Positions 1-8,994 of a stretch of 64,000 nt of DNA are shown in pieces (position 1 is the stretch's first letter; each line of letters begins with the position of its first letter). A program made the translations under genes and the position numbers. Location: the NCBI GenBank assembly GCA_002692065.1, contig NZJX01000011.1:786-64785 (forward strand). The letters are read 5' to 3'. Below the pieces are notes generated by a model. The model was not told the origin of the DNA. It ran no database searches and saw only the letters and a program-made list of their open reading frames with translations. Source of the stretch: Flavobacteriales bacterium. GTDB lineage: Bacteria; Bacteroidota; Bacteroidia; Flavobacteriales; UBA7430.

Positions 1-549
1 ATTTCTAATAACCAAAGATGTAAAAACGGTGATATTATTTTGATGGATTTTGGAGCTGAATATGCAAATTATTGTTCAGATATGACAAGATGTATCCCTG
101 CTAATGGAAGATTTTCCCAAAGACAAAAAGAAATTTATTTGGCAGTTTTAAATGTATTAAATATTTCAAGTCAGCTTCTAAAACCTGGAATTCTATTGAA
201 AGATTATCATGAAAAAGTTGGTAAGATCATGGAAAAAGAACTTCTAAAGTTAAATTTAATCACCAAAAAAGATATACTAAACCAAGATTCAAAAAATCCC
301 GCTTATAAAAAATATTTTATGCATGGAGCTTCCCACTTTTTAGGACTTGATGTTCACGATGTTGGCCTTTGGAATGAACCAATTAAATCTGGCATGGTAT
401 TTACATGCGAGCCAGGGATATATGTAAGAAATGAAAATATTGGAATAAGATTAGAGAATAACTATCTAGTTACTAATAAAACAACTATAAATTTAATGCA
501 AGATATTCCAATTGAAATTGAAGAAATTGAGAATATTATGAACAGTTAA
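1..549 (+). CDS. pepP: Xaa-Pro aminopeptidase / M24B metallopeptidase, C-terminal part (5' end outside window)
   Basis: Frame is open from nt 1. M24 pita-bread metal-ligand motifs are present: DFGAEY, HGASHFLGLDVHD, EPGIY. Stop TAA at 547-549. Confidence 0.85.
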   Translation: MSNNQRCKNGDIILMDFGAEYANYCSDMTRCIPANGRFSQRQKEIYLAVLNVLNISSQLLKPGILLKDYHEKVGKIMEKELLKLNLITKKDILNQDSKNPAYKKYFMHGASHFLGLDVHDVGLWNEPIKSGMVFTCEPGIYVRNENIGIRLENNYLVTNKTTINLMQDIPIEIEEIENIMNS

Positions 550-1596
550 TTAGTGAGATTTCCAACCTTTGGATAAAAGTGAATGTACCTTTGAATCCCT
601 AGTAACTAAATTACACCCCATTTTTTTATTTTCAACATATCCGATTATTGTCATGTCTGGTCTGTGTTTAATTTTATCATAATCTTTTTGTTCTAGAGTA
701 AACAATAACTCATAATCTTCCCCGCCGTTTAATGCACATATTGAAGGATTAAGATTGAATTTTTCTGAGAATTCATGAACAGCGGAATTTATTGGTAATT
801 TATCTTCAAATATTCTAAAACCAATACTTGATGATTTTGCAAGATGATTTAATTCTGATGAGAGACCATCAGAAATATCTATCATTGATGTTGGTTTTAC
901 ATCTAATTTTTTTAAAGAATTAATAATATCCAATCTTGCTTCAGGTTTTAATTGGCGCTCAAGTAAATATTCAGAACCTTCAAACTCTGGTTGCATTTTA
1001 CTATTAACTTCAAATACTGCTTTTTCTCTCTCAAGTATTTGTAAGCCCAGATAAGCTGCTCCAACATCTCCAGAGAGTACAATTAAATTATTTTCTTTTG
1101 CACCACTTCTGTAAACTATTTCAGATTCTTTTGATATTCCTGTTGCAGTTACCGAAACAGTAAATCCTTTGTTAGAACTTGTGGTATCTCCTCCAATTAA
1201 ATCAACATTGTATCTATTACACGCGAGTTTAACACCGCTATAAAAATCATCAATAGCTTCAACGGAAAATCTATTTGAAAAAGCAATTGAAATCAATATT
1301 TGAGTTGGAATGACGTTCATTGAAATTATATCTGATAAATTTACAACTACTGATTTATACCCTAAATGCTTTAGAGGATTATACATTAAATCAAAATGAA
1401 TACCTTCAACTAAAAAATCTTTTGATATTACTATACAACTTTCCCCAACTTTAATTACAGCAGCATCATCTCCAATTCCTTTAATAGTATTTTCATGACT
1501 AGGTTTAAACTGTTTTGAAATTTTTTCAATGAGACCAAATTCACCTATTTTAGAAATAGAAGTAAAAGACTTTCTATTATTAATATTTTTTGACAT
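550..1596 (-). CDS. thiL: Thiamine-monophosphate kinase
   Basis: AIR-synthase-like fold motifs GIGDDAAV, IGGDTTSS, DISDGL. Size 348 aa. Its stop abuts the pepP stop with zero spacing. Confidence 0.85.
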   Translation of the reverse strand: MSKNINNRKSFTSISKIGEFGLIEKISKQFKPSHENTIKGIGDDAAVIKVGESCIVISKDFLVEGIHFDLMYNPLKHLGYKSVVVNLSDIISMNVIPTQILISIAFSNRFSVEAIDDFYSGVKLACNRYNVDLIGGDTTSSNKGFTVSVTATGISKESEIVYRSGAKENNLIVLSGDVGAAYLGLQILEREKAVFEVNSKMQPEFEGSEYLLERQLKPEARLDIINSLKKLDVKPTSMIDISDGLSSELNHLAKSSSIGFRIFEDKLPINSAVHEFSEKFNLNPSICALNGGEDYELLFTLEQKDYDKIKHRPDMTIIGYVENKKMGCNLVTRDSKVHSLLSKGWKSH

Positions 1597-1659
1597 GCTA
1601 CAAAAGTAAATATTAAATTAATCTTACACCATAAAACTACAATCAAAAATATTTAATTG

Positions 1660-1667
1660 TATCTTTG
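1660..1667 (+). promoter_or_regulatory. Bacteroidota-type -7 promoter box (TATCTTTG = TAnnTTTG) for the SUF operon
   Basis: Exact TAnnTTTG match 28 nt upstream of the sufA-like ATG, inside the 99-nt thiL/suf divergent gap. Confidence 0.45.
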
Positions 1668-1695
1668 CAGAAAAAAAACTTAAAGTATACTTTAA

Positions 1696-2019
1696 ATGAT
1701 ATCAATAAGCGATAAAGCAAAAAATAAAATACTTAGTTTATTCAAGGAAGAGGGTATTTCTGATGCTTACGTTAAAGTTTCAGTAAAAAGTGGAGGCTGC
1801 TCTGGATTATCCTATGCTTTAAAGTTTACCAGTAAATCAGATATCAATGATAAAATTTTAGAAGATAATGAAATAAAAATATTAATTGATAAAAAAAGTT
1901 TACTATACATAGCTGGAACAACATTAGACTTCTCTGGGGGTTTGAATGGAAAAGGCTTTGTTTTTAATAACCCTAATGCTAAAAGAACCTGCGGCTGTGG
2001 TGAATCTTTTGCAATTTAA
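1696..2019 (+). CDS. sufA: HesB/IscA-family Fe-S cluster carrier
   Basis: 107 aa. Cys in GGCSG plus C-terminal CGCGESF. First gene of the suf cluster. Confidence 0.85.
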   Translation: MISISDKAKNKILSLFKEEGISDAYVKVSVKSGGCSGLSYALKFTSKSDINDKILEDNEIKILIDKKSLLYIAGTTLDFSGGLNGKGFVFNNPNAKRTCGCGESFAI

Positions 2020-2031
2020 AAATGTAAAAAT

Positions 2032-3474
2032 TTGGTTAACGAAGAAAAAATATTAAAAGATGCTACAAAATCAGATTACAAATATGGTTTTGTTTCAAAA
2101 TTCAATTCAGAGACATTAGAAGAAGGACTTAATGAAGATATAATTAAAAAAATTTCTTTGAAAAAAAATGAACCTGAATGGATGTTAAATTGGAGACTTA
2201 AGGCTTATAATATTTTTTTGAAAATGAATGAACCCTCATGGGCTAATTTATCTTACAAAAAAATTGATCTTCAAAAGATTTCATATTACTCTGCTCCTAA
2301 AACAAAAAAAAAATTAACGAGCCTAGATGAGGTTGATCCAGAATTATTGAGTACTTTTAAAAAACTTGGTATATCTGTAAATGAACAAAAAAGATTAACC
2401 GGAGTTGCTATGGATTTTGTAGTTGATTCTGTATCTGTTGCAACTTCATTTAAAGACAAACTATCTGAACTGGGTATTATTTTTTGTTCTATTAGTGAAG
2501 CAATTCAAAATCACCCAGATTTAGTTAGGAAATATATGGGTTCAGTTGTTCCCATTAAAGACAACTACTTCTCAGCTTTAAATTCTGCTGTTTTCACTGA
2601 TGGGTCATTTTGTTATATACCCAAAGGTGTAAAATGCCCTATGGAATTATCAACTTATTTTAGAATTAACCAAGCTGGTACTGGCCAATTTGAAAGAACC
2701 CTTTTGATAGCTGATAAAGACTCATATGTTTCATATTTAGAAGGGTGTACTGCTCCTTCTAGAGACGAAAATCAGCTTCATGCTGCCGTTGTTGAACTAA
2801 TTTCATTAGATGGCGCTGAAATAAAATATTCAACTGTACAAAATTGGTATCCAGGTGATAAAAATGGAAATGGAGGTGTTTACAATTTTGTTACTAAGAG
2901 AGGAATCTGCTACAAAAACTCTAAAATTTCTTGGACACAAGTTGAGACAGGCTCTGCTGTTACTTGGAAATATCCATCTTGTATTCTAAAAGGAGATAGT
3001 TCAATTGGTGAATTCTTCTCTGTAGCATTGACTAATAACTTTCAACAAGCCGATACTGGAACTAAAATGATTCATATAGGTAAAAACTCAAAAAGTACAA
3101 TTATTTCAAAAGGAATTTCAGCAGGAAAAAGTAACGGAAGTTACAGAGGATTAGTTAAGATAATGAAAAGTGCTGAAAATTCGAGAAATTTTTCTCAATG
3201 TGACTCACTATTAATGGGAAATAAATGTGGATCTCACACATTCCCATACATCGAAGTAAAAAATAAAAGTTCTAAGGTAGAACATGAAGCTACAACTTCG
3301 AAAATTGGAGAAGACCAAATATTTTACTGTAATCAAAGAGGAATTGGTACAGAAGAGGCAATTGGATTAATAGTTAATGGTTATTGTAAAGATGTTTTAA
3401 ATAAACTACCGATGGAATTTGCAGTTGAAGCTCAAAAACTGTTATCTCTATCTTTAGAAGGTAGTGTAGGCTAA
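2032..3474 (+). CDS. sufB: Fe-S cluster assembly scaffold SufB
   Basis: 480 aa with a typical SufB core ([30 protein letters not shown]). TTG start, no in-frame ATG nearby. Confidence 0.95.
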   Translation: MVNEEKILKDATKSDYKYGFVSKFNSETLEEGLNEDIIKKISLKKNEPEWMLNWRLKAYNIFLKMNEPSWANLSYKKIDLQKISYYSAPKTKKKLTSLDEVDPELLSTFKKLGISVNEQKRLTGVAMDFVVDSVSVATSFKDKLSELGIIFCSISEAIQNHPDLVRKYMGSVVPIKDNYFSALNSAVFTDGSFCYIPKGVKCPMELSTYFRINQAGTGQFERTLLIADKDSYVSYLEGCTAPSRDENQLHAAVVELISLDGAEIKYSTVQNWYPGDKNGNGGVYNFVTKRGICYKNSKISWTQVETGSAVTWKYPSCILKGDSSIGEFFSVALTNNFQQADTGTKMIHIGKNSKSTIISKGISAGKSNGSYRGLVKIMKSAENSRNFSQCDSLLMGNKCGSHTFPYIEVKNKSSKVEHEATTSKIGEDQIFYCNQRGIGTEEAIGLIVNGYCKDVLNKLPMEFAVEAQKLLSLSLEGSVG

Positions 3475-3484
3475 AAAATTGATT

Positions 3485-4234
3485 ATGTTAAATATAAAAA
3501 ATTTGATCGTCAAAATTGGGGAAAAAACCATTATTAATGACTTAAACTTGAATGTTAAACCTGGAGAAATTCATGCAATAATGGGACCAAACGGTTCTGG
3601 TAAAAGTACTCTTTCTTCTGTAATTGCAGGTAATGAAGATTATACAATTTCAAAAGGTGAAATTTTATTCAATGGGAATAATATTAATGATCTTCCTCCT
3701 GAACAAAGGGCTCACAAAGGTATATTCCTATCATTTCAATACCCTATTGAAATACCCGGGATTTCAGTTATTAACTTTCTCAAAACCTCAATAAATGAAA
3801 CTAGAAAAGCAAATAATTTAGAACCTTTCTCGAGTAAAGATCTTTTAAAACTTATAAAAGAAAAACAAGATTTACTTAAAATTGATACCCAATTTTTATC
3901 TAGGAGTTTAAACCATGGTTTTTCAGGAGGAGAAAAAAAAAGAAATGAAATTTTTCAAATGGCAATGCTTAACCCAAAACTAGCAATATTAGATGAGACA
4001 GACTCTGGACTTGATATTGATGCGCTTAAAATTGTTGCAAATGGCATAAACTCATTAACTAATTCTAAAAACTCAATAATCCTAATTACACACTATCAAA
4101 GACTTTTAGACTACATTAAACCTGACTATGTACATGTCTTATATGAAGGAAAAATAGTTAAATCTGGAGATAAAAGTCTTGCTTTAACTTTAGAAAAAAA
4201 GGGTTATGATTGGATTAATAATGAAGAACTCTAA
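3485..4234 (+). CDS. sufC: Fe-S cluster assembly ATPase SufC
   Basis: Walker A GPNGSGKST, signature FSGGEKKR, Walker B LAILDETDSGLD. I chose ATG 3485 over the track's TTG 3479. Confidence 0.95.
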   Translation: MLNIKNLIVKIGEKTIINDLNLNVKPGEIHAIMGPNGSGKSTLSSVIAGNEDYTISKGEILFNGNNINDLPPEQRAHKGIFLSFQYPIEIPGISVINFLKTSINETRKANNLEPFSSKDLLKLIKEKQDLLKIDTQFLSRSLNHGFSGGEKKRNEIFQMAMLNPKLAILDETDSGLDIDALKIVANGINSLTNSKNSIILITHYQRLLDYIKPDYVHVLYEGKIVKSGDKSLALTLEKKGYDWINNEEL

Positions 4235-4245
4235 CTTTTATTGTT

Positions 4246-5595
4246 TTGGAATTTAAAGAATATATTAAATCGACATATAAAAAATTATTATCTGATTCAA
4301 AGATTAATGATTCAAATGATATTATAAAACTGAGAGAATATTCCTATGAAAAATACAATTTGATGGGATTACCATCTTTAAAGAGTGAAGAATGGAAGTA
4401 TACTCCAATTAATAAATTTTTAAAAAATAATTATCTCTCAAATAGTTTTGATAAAAATGAAATTAAAAGTTTTGATTTAACTAAATTTATAATCCCAAAT
4501 TATAACTCATTTAAAATTGTACTTTTTAATGGTAGATTTCTTCCGAAATACTCTTCCAAAATTGAAAATTCAAAATTGTTTATTTGTGATTTAAAAAAAT
4601 TCTTTAAAAAAAATAACAGTCAGTTAATAGATAAAAATAAATATAAATTTGATAAGTATTTTTCTAAAATTTTGACTCATAAAAATAGTTTGTGTCTACT
4701 AAATAATGCTCTAATTAATAGTGGGCTGTATATTTGCATTGAAGAGAATTATATTGTTGAAAAACCAATTGAAATTATAAATTTTAGTTCATTTGTTCAT
4801 CCTGAATTTAGCCAAACAAGAAATTTAATTTTATTAAAAAAAAATTCAAAAGCTGAAATTTTAGAAAGAAATATTTCCTTATCTGATTCAGTATCTGGTG
4901 TAATTAATTCTGTTTCAGAAATAAATCTTGAAGAAAATGCAAGAATAAATTATTATAAAATTCAAAATGATAAAATAAATTCTTTAATTGACAGTACATT
5001 CATAAATCAATGTAAATCATCTGTATCAAATTTTGGGACATACAGTCTAGATGGGAAGTTAGTTAGAAATAATCTTTATTTCAACTTATCAGGTTCTTTG
5101 GCTGAATCAAACTTAAATGCCATAACTCTGATTGATAAAAAAAGTCATGTTGATCACTTTACAAAAGTAAATCATAATATTTCAAATTGTACTTCCAATC
5201 AACTTTATAAAGGAATTTATGATGATAAAAGCAGGGGTGTCTTCAATGGCAATATACTTGTTGAAAAAAATGCTCAAAAAACTAATGCTTTCCAAAAAAA
5301 TAATAATATACTTCTAAGTAAATATGCAAAAATAGATACCAAACCGCAATTGGAAATCTTTGCTGATGATGTCTCATGTTCTCATGGGTGTACAGTAGGT
5401 CAACTTGACGAAAAGGCATTATTCTACTTAAAATCTAGAGGGATCCCCACTAAAGAAGCCAAAGCTTTACTTATGTTTGCTTTTTGTAAGGACTCATTAA
5501 AAACTGTAATTAATATAGAATTAAGAAAATATTTATTAAAAATTATGTCAAAAAAAATTAATGTTAAACTGGATCTCAATGAAATAATTAGTTAA
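4246..5595 (+). CDS. sufD: Fe-S cluster assembly protein SufD
   Basis: 449 aa, positioned between sufC and sufS. C-terminal SufB/D beta-helix motifs (QLEIFADDVSCSHGCTVGQLDE). TTG start. Confidence 0.85.
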   Translation: MEFKEYIKSTYKKLLSDSKINDSNDIIKLREYSYEKYNLMGLPSLKSEEWKYTPINKFLKNNYLSNSFDKNEIKSFDLTKFIIPNYNSFKIVLFNGRFLPKYSSKIENSKLFICDLKKFFKKNNSQLIDKNKYKFDKYFSKILTHKNSLCLLNNALINSGLYICIEENYIVEKPIEIINFSSFVHPEFSQTRNLILLKKNSKAEILERNISLSDSVSGVINSVSEINLEENARINYYKIQNDKINSLIDSTFINQCKSSVSNFGTYSLDGKLVRNNLYFNLSGSLAESNLNAITLIDKKSHVDHFTKVNHNISNCTSNQLYKGIYDDKSRGVFNGNILVEKNAQKTNAFQKNNNILLSKYAKIDTKPQLEIFADDVSCSHGCTVGQLDEKALFYLKSRGIPTKEAKALLMFAFCKDSLKTVINIELRKYLLKIMSKKINVKLDLNEIIS

Positions 5596-6815
5596 TGAAT
5601 CAAAATAATATCATAAGAAAACAATTTCCAATCTTTGAAAAAAAATTAAATAATAATAATTTAATTTACTTTGATAATGCTGCTTCTTCTCAAAAACCTG
5701 AGTGCGTCATAAACAAAATCTCTGATTATTATAAATATGAATATAGTAATGTTCACAGAGGAATTCATTCATTAAGTCAAATTTCAACTGATAAATTTGA
5801 ACAAACTAGGTCAGCAGTAAAAGAATTTATAAATGCTAACTCTACTCAAGAAATCATTTTTACAAAAGGAACTACTGAATCAATTAATTTGGTTGCGTCA
5901 AGTTGGTCAGACGTTTTTTTAAATGAAGGTGATGAAATTATTATTTCAACACTTGAACATCATGCCAATATTGTTCCTTGGCAAATAGTTTGTAAAAAAA
6001 AGAAAGCTACGTTAAAAATAATTCCTATTGATGAAAATGGTTATATTGATTTAAATGATGTAAAAAATTTAATTTCTAAAAAAACTAAATTTATTTCTCT
6101 AATACATATTTCAAATGTTATTGGGATAGAAACCCCAATAATTGAAATTATTAAATTAGCTCACAAAGCCAACGCGCAAATTTTAATTGATGGAGCTCAA
6201 GCTGTGTCCCATAAAAAAATTGATGTTCAAAAATTAAATTGTGATTTTTACTGTTTTTCTGCCCATAAAATGTATGGTCCTACTGGTGTTGGAATCTTAT
6301 TTGGTAAAAAGAAGATTCTCGAAAAAATGAGTCCTTACCAAACTGGTGGAGAAATGATTAAAGAGGTTTCATTCAATGAAACAACTTTTAATGATTTACC
6401 ATTTAAATTTGAAACAGGAACCCCCAATATTACAGGTATTATTGCCTTGAAAGAGTCGATTGATTTTATCAATAGTATAGGATTTGAATATATACAACAA
6501 TATGAAAAAGAATTACTTGAATTCTTAATTGACAAACTAACAAAATTCCCTTATCTCAAAATACTTGGTGGTAATAATAAAAATAAAAATAGTATTGTTT
6601 CTTTTAATATGAAAAAAATTCATCATTATGATGCTGGGTCATTCTTAAATAACTTTGGTATTGCTCTTCGAACAGGACATTTATGTGCACAACCTTTAAT
6701 GAACAGATATAATGTCCCAGGAACAATTAGAGTATCATTTGCTATTTATAATAATTTTGAAGAAATAGAATTTTTTATCCAGTCACTTAAACAAATAAAA
6801 AAATTATTTCAATGA
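5595..6815 (+). CDS. sufS: Cysteine desulfurase SufS (class V aminotransferase, group II)
   Basis: PLP-lysine motif SAHKMYGPTG and catalytic Cys loop RTGHLCAQP. TAATG overlap with sufD. Confidence 0.95.
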   Translation: MNQNNIIRKQFPIFEKKLNNNNLIYFDNAASSQKPECVINKISDYYKYEYSNVHRGIHSLSQISTDKFEQTRSAVKEFINANSTQEIIFTKGTTESINLVASSWSDVFLNEGDEIIISTLEHHANIVPWQIVCKKKKATLKIIPIDENGYIDLNDVKNLISKKTKFISLIHISNVIGIETPIIEIIKLAHKANAQILIDGAQAVSHKKIDVQKLNCDFYCFSAHKMYGPTGVGILFGKKKILEKMSPYQTGGEMIKEVSFNETTFNDLPFKFETGTPNITGIIALKESIDFINSIGFEYIQQYEKELLEFLIDKLTKFPYLKILGGNNKNKNSIVSFNMKKIHHYDAGSFLNNFGIALRTGHLCAQPLMNRYNVPGTIRVSFAIYNNFEEIEFFIQSLKQIKKLFQ

Positions 6816-7234
6816 GGATAAATAATATTCAAGACGAAATTATAAGTGATTTTGACTTATTTGACAATTGGATGGATAAATATAATTATTTGATTGAATT
6901 AAGTAAGGACATAATTTTAATCCCTAAATCAAAAAAAAATGATGAAAATTTGATTAAAGGTTGTCAATCAAAAGTTTGGCTATTTGCTGAATATAAAAAT
7001 AATAAACTATATTTTAGTGGTGATAGTGATGCAATTATAACTAAAGGGATAATTAGCTTGCTAATTTCTATTTTTAATAATCAAAGTTGTGATGATATTT
7101 TAAATAGTGAAATATACTTTATAAAAAAAATTGGTTTAAATGAACATTTGTCAATGAACAGATCTAATGGTCTAATTTCAATGATTAAACAAATTAAAAT
7201 ATATGCTTTAGCATTTAAAAATAGAATAAAATGA
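6812..7234 (+). CDS. sufE: Sulfur acceptor SufE
   Basis: 140 aa with persulfide-acceptor motif KGCQSKVW. ATGA overlap with sufS. Confidence 0.85.
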   Translation: MRINNIQDEIISDFDLFDNWMDKYNYLIELSKDIILIPKSKKNDENLIKGCQSKVWLFAEYKNNKLYFSGDSDAIITKGIISLLISIFNNQSCDDILNSEIYFIKKIGLNEHLSMNRSNGLISMIKQIKIYALAFKNRIK

Positions 7235-7551
7235 AAAATGATACTTTAAAAAAATTAGGCGAAGAAATTGTTGAAACTTTACAAAAAATATATGATCCTG
7301 AGATCCCAGTTGATATTTATCAACTAGGATTAATATATGATGTTAGAATTAATAGTGATTTTCATGTTGATGTTGATATGACTCTAACTTCTCCTGCTTG
7401 TCCAGTTGCAGAAAGTTTACCTGAAGAAGTAAAAGAAAAAATAAAAATGATTGACCAAGTAAAGTCAGTGAAAATTAATATGGTGTTTGATCCTCAGTGG
7501 ACAAAAGACATGATGAGCGAGGAAGCAAAACTAGAACTTGGATTTCTTTAA
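7231..7551 (+). CDS. DUF59 / SufT-like Fe-S assembly protein
   Basis: 106 aa with YDPEIPVDIYQLGLIY and TLTSPACP motifs. ATGA overlap with sufE. Confidence 0.85.
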   Translation: MKNDTLKKLGEEIVETLQKIYDPEIPVDIYQLGLIYDVRINSDFHVDVDMTLTSPACPVAESLPEEVKEKIKMIDQVKSVKINMVFDPQWTKDMMSEEAKLELGFL

Positions 7552-7562
7552 TTTTAAATAAC

Positions 7563-8054
7563 TTGAAAAATTCTGATTACTATATACTTGAAGTTGAAAG
7601 TTTATTTGATTTTTCCGAAATGAAAGTTATAAATATTGATGAATATTTAGAAGATGGATTGATTTTGATAGAAAAGAAATTCAGAAAAATTATTAAATTG
7701 AAAAATTGGAAAGAATATAAAAATGTCAATGTAGCTATAAATTCTAAAAATAAAGCAATAATTCCTACTTGGGCATATATGATTATTTCCTCCTATCTTT
7801 CTCCTTTCGCAAAAAATATAATAGAAGGAGACTTATTTGATTTAAAAAAATATATTTTTTCAATAGGTATCAATAAAATAAATATTGAAAATATTAAAGA
7901 TAAGAACATAATAGTTAAGGGATGTTCTAAAATTAATGTGCCTATATCTTCATATGTTGAATTATGTAAAAAAATTCAACCTTATGCAAATACTATTAAT
8001 TTTGGTGAGATTTGCTCTAAAGTCCCTGTTTACAGAAAAAAAATTATTTTGTAA
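7563..8054 (+). CDS. DUF2480-like conserved hypothetical protein (SUF-cluster associated in Bacteroidota)
   Basis: The track ORF 7497-8054 overlaps DUF59, so I trimmed it to TTG 7563 (ATG 7620 is the alternative). The family assignment is from memory of the Flavobacteria gene order suf...DUF59-DUF2480. Start is uncertain. Confidence 0.5.
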   Translation: MKNSDYYILEVESLFDFSEMKVINIDEYLEDGLILIEKKFRKIIKLKNWKEYKNVNVAINSKNKAIIPTWAYMIISSYLSPFAKNIIEGDLFDLKKYIFSIGINKINIENIKDKNIIVKGCSKINVPISSYVELCKKIQPYANTINFGEICSKVPVYRKKIIL

Positions 8055-8994
8055 ATTTCACTTTATCTAGAAGATCTAACTCCATCAAAACTTTCTCTAA
8101 GAATAATATGATTTTTAATTCTCTTTTATAGCTAATTTTATGGGGATCATCTGAAAATTTATGATAATCATTATGTTTGCCCGTCCAAAAATGAAGAGCT
8201 GGGATAAATTTCTCAGTAAATGATGAATGATCAGATGGGCCATTAATTCTTTTTTTTAACCTCAAATTAAATTTGTCAAAATCTAACATTTTAAAATAAT
8301 CAAATAAAACTTTTGAACTTCCTAAACCTTCAATTGTTAAGGGCATATCTTTTTCCATACGCCCTATCATGTCAATATTAACAACAAAATTCATTTTAGA
8401 AGTATCAATTATTGGATTTTGCATAAAGTATTTTGACCCCAACATCCCTTTTTCTTCTGATGAAAAAGCAATAAATAGAAAATTATTTTTTTCTAAATAT
8501 TCATTATTCTTAAAAAATAGTGCGAGTTCTAATAAAGCCGCTACTCCACTAGCATTATCATCGGCTCCATTATAAATTATTTTTCTATTTCTTTTATTAA
8601 TTTCATATCCGAGGTGGTCATAATGAGCACAAATAAGAATTGTTTTTTGAGATTGATTATCCAAAAATCCTAATACATTATATGAACTTTTAATTATACT
8701 ATCTCTAATAAAAAAAACTTGATGAAAATCTTCTTTTCCATATGATTTTATTCCAATTTCGATCATTCTTTTAACTATATAATTTCTGGCTTTTATTTCT
8801 CCTATAGTTCCTGCTTCTCTACCAAACATTTTTCTGGAAGAAAGTGTTTTAATATCAGTTTTTAATCTATTAATAGTTTTTTTATTAGAGAAATATGAAT
8901 TTTGAGAGTAACTAGAATTACTTTCAATTATACAAAATGAATAAATTAACCATACTAAAATTGTTTTAATATGCTCTTTTCTTAATACCTTCAA
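8044..8994 (-). CDS. M28-family aminopeptidase, secreted or membrane-anchored
   Basis: M28 zinc-ligand motifs CAHYDH, NGADDNASGVAALLELA, SSEEKGMLGS. I trimmed the start to TTG 8994, which gives a KVLRKEHIKTILVWLIYSFCII signal-like N-terminus. The track start 9072 would overlap purF by 107 nt. Confidence 0.7.
   Translation of the reverse strand: MKVLRKEHIKTILVWLIYSFCIIESNSSYSQNSYFSNKKTINRLKTDIKTLSSRKMFGREAGTIGEIKARNYIVKRMIEIGIKSYGKEDFHQVFFIRDSIIKSSYNVLGFLDNQSQKTILICAHYDHLGYEINKRNRKIIYNGADDNASGVAALLELALFFKNNEYLEKNNFLFIAFSSEEKGMLGSKYFMQNPIIDTSKMNFVVNIDMIGRMEKDMPLTIEGLGSSKVLFDYFKMLDFDKFNLRLKKRINGPSDHSSFTEKFIPALHFWTGKHNDYHKFSDDPHKISYKRELKIILFLEKVLMELDLLDKVKFTK

Noticed and set aside
1601-1608. 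TAnnTTTG box on the minus strand (CAAAAGTA on +) only 4 nt upstream of the thiL ATG, which could imply a leaderless thiL mRNA
   Set aside because: The spacing differs from all other boxes (18-28 nt), and a single occurrence in AT-rich DNA may be chance. I did not report it as a feature.
7497-7562. Track start (7497) of the DUF2480-like ORF, giving a 55-nt overlap with DUF59
   Set aside because: The first roughly 20 residues (MDKRHDERGSKTRTW...) are simply the alternative frame of the DUF59 C-terminus. A start after the DUF59 stop is more parsimonious.
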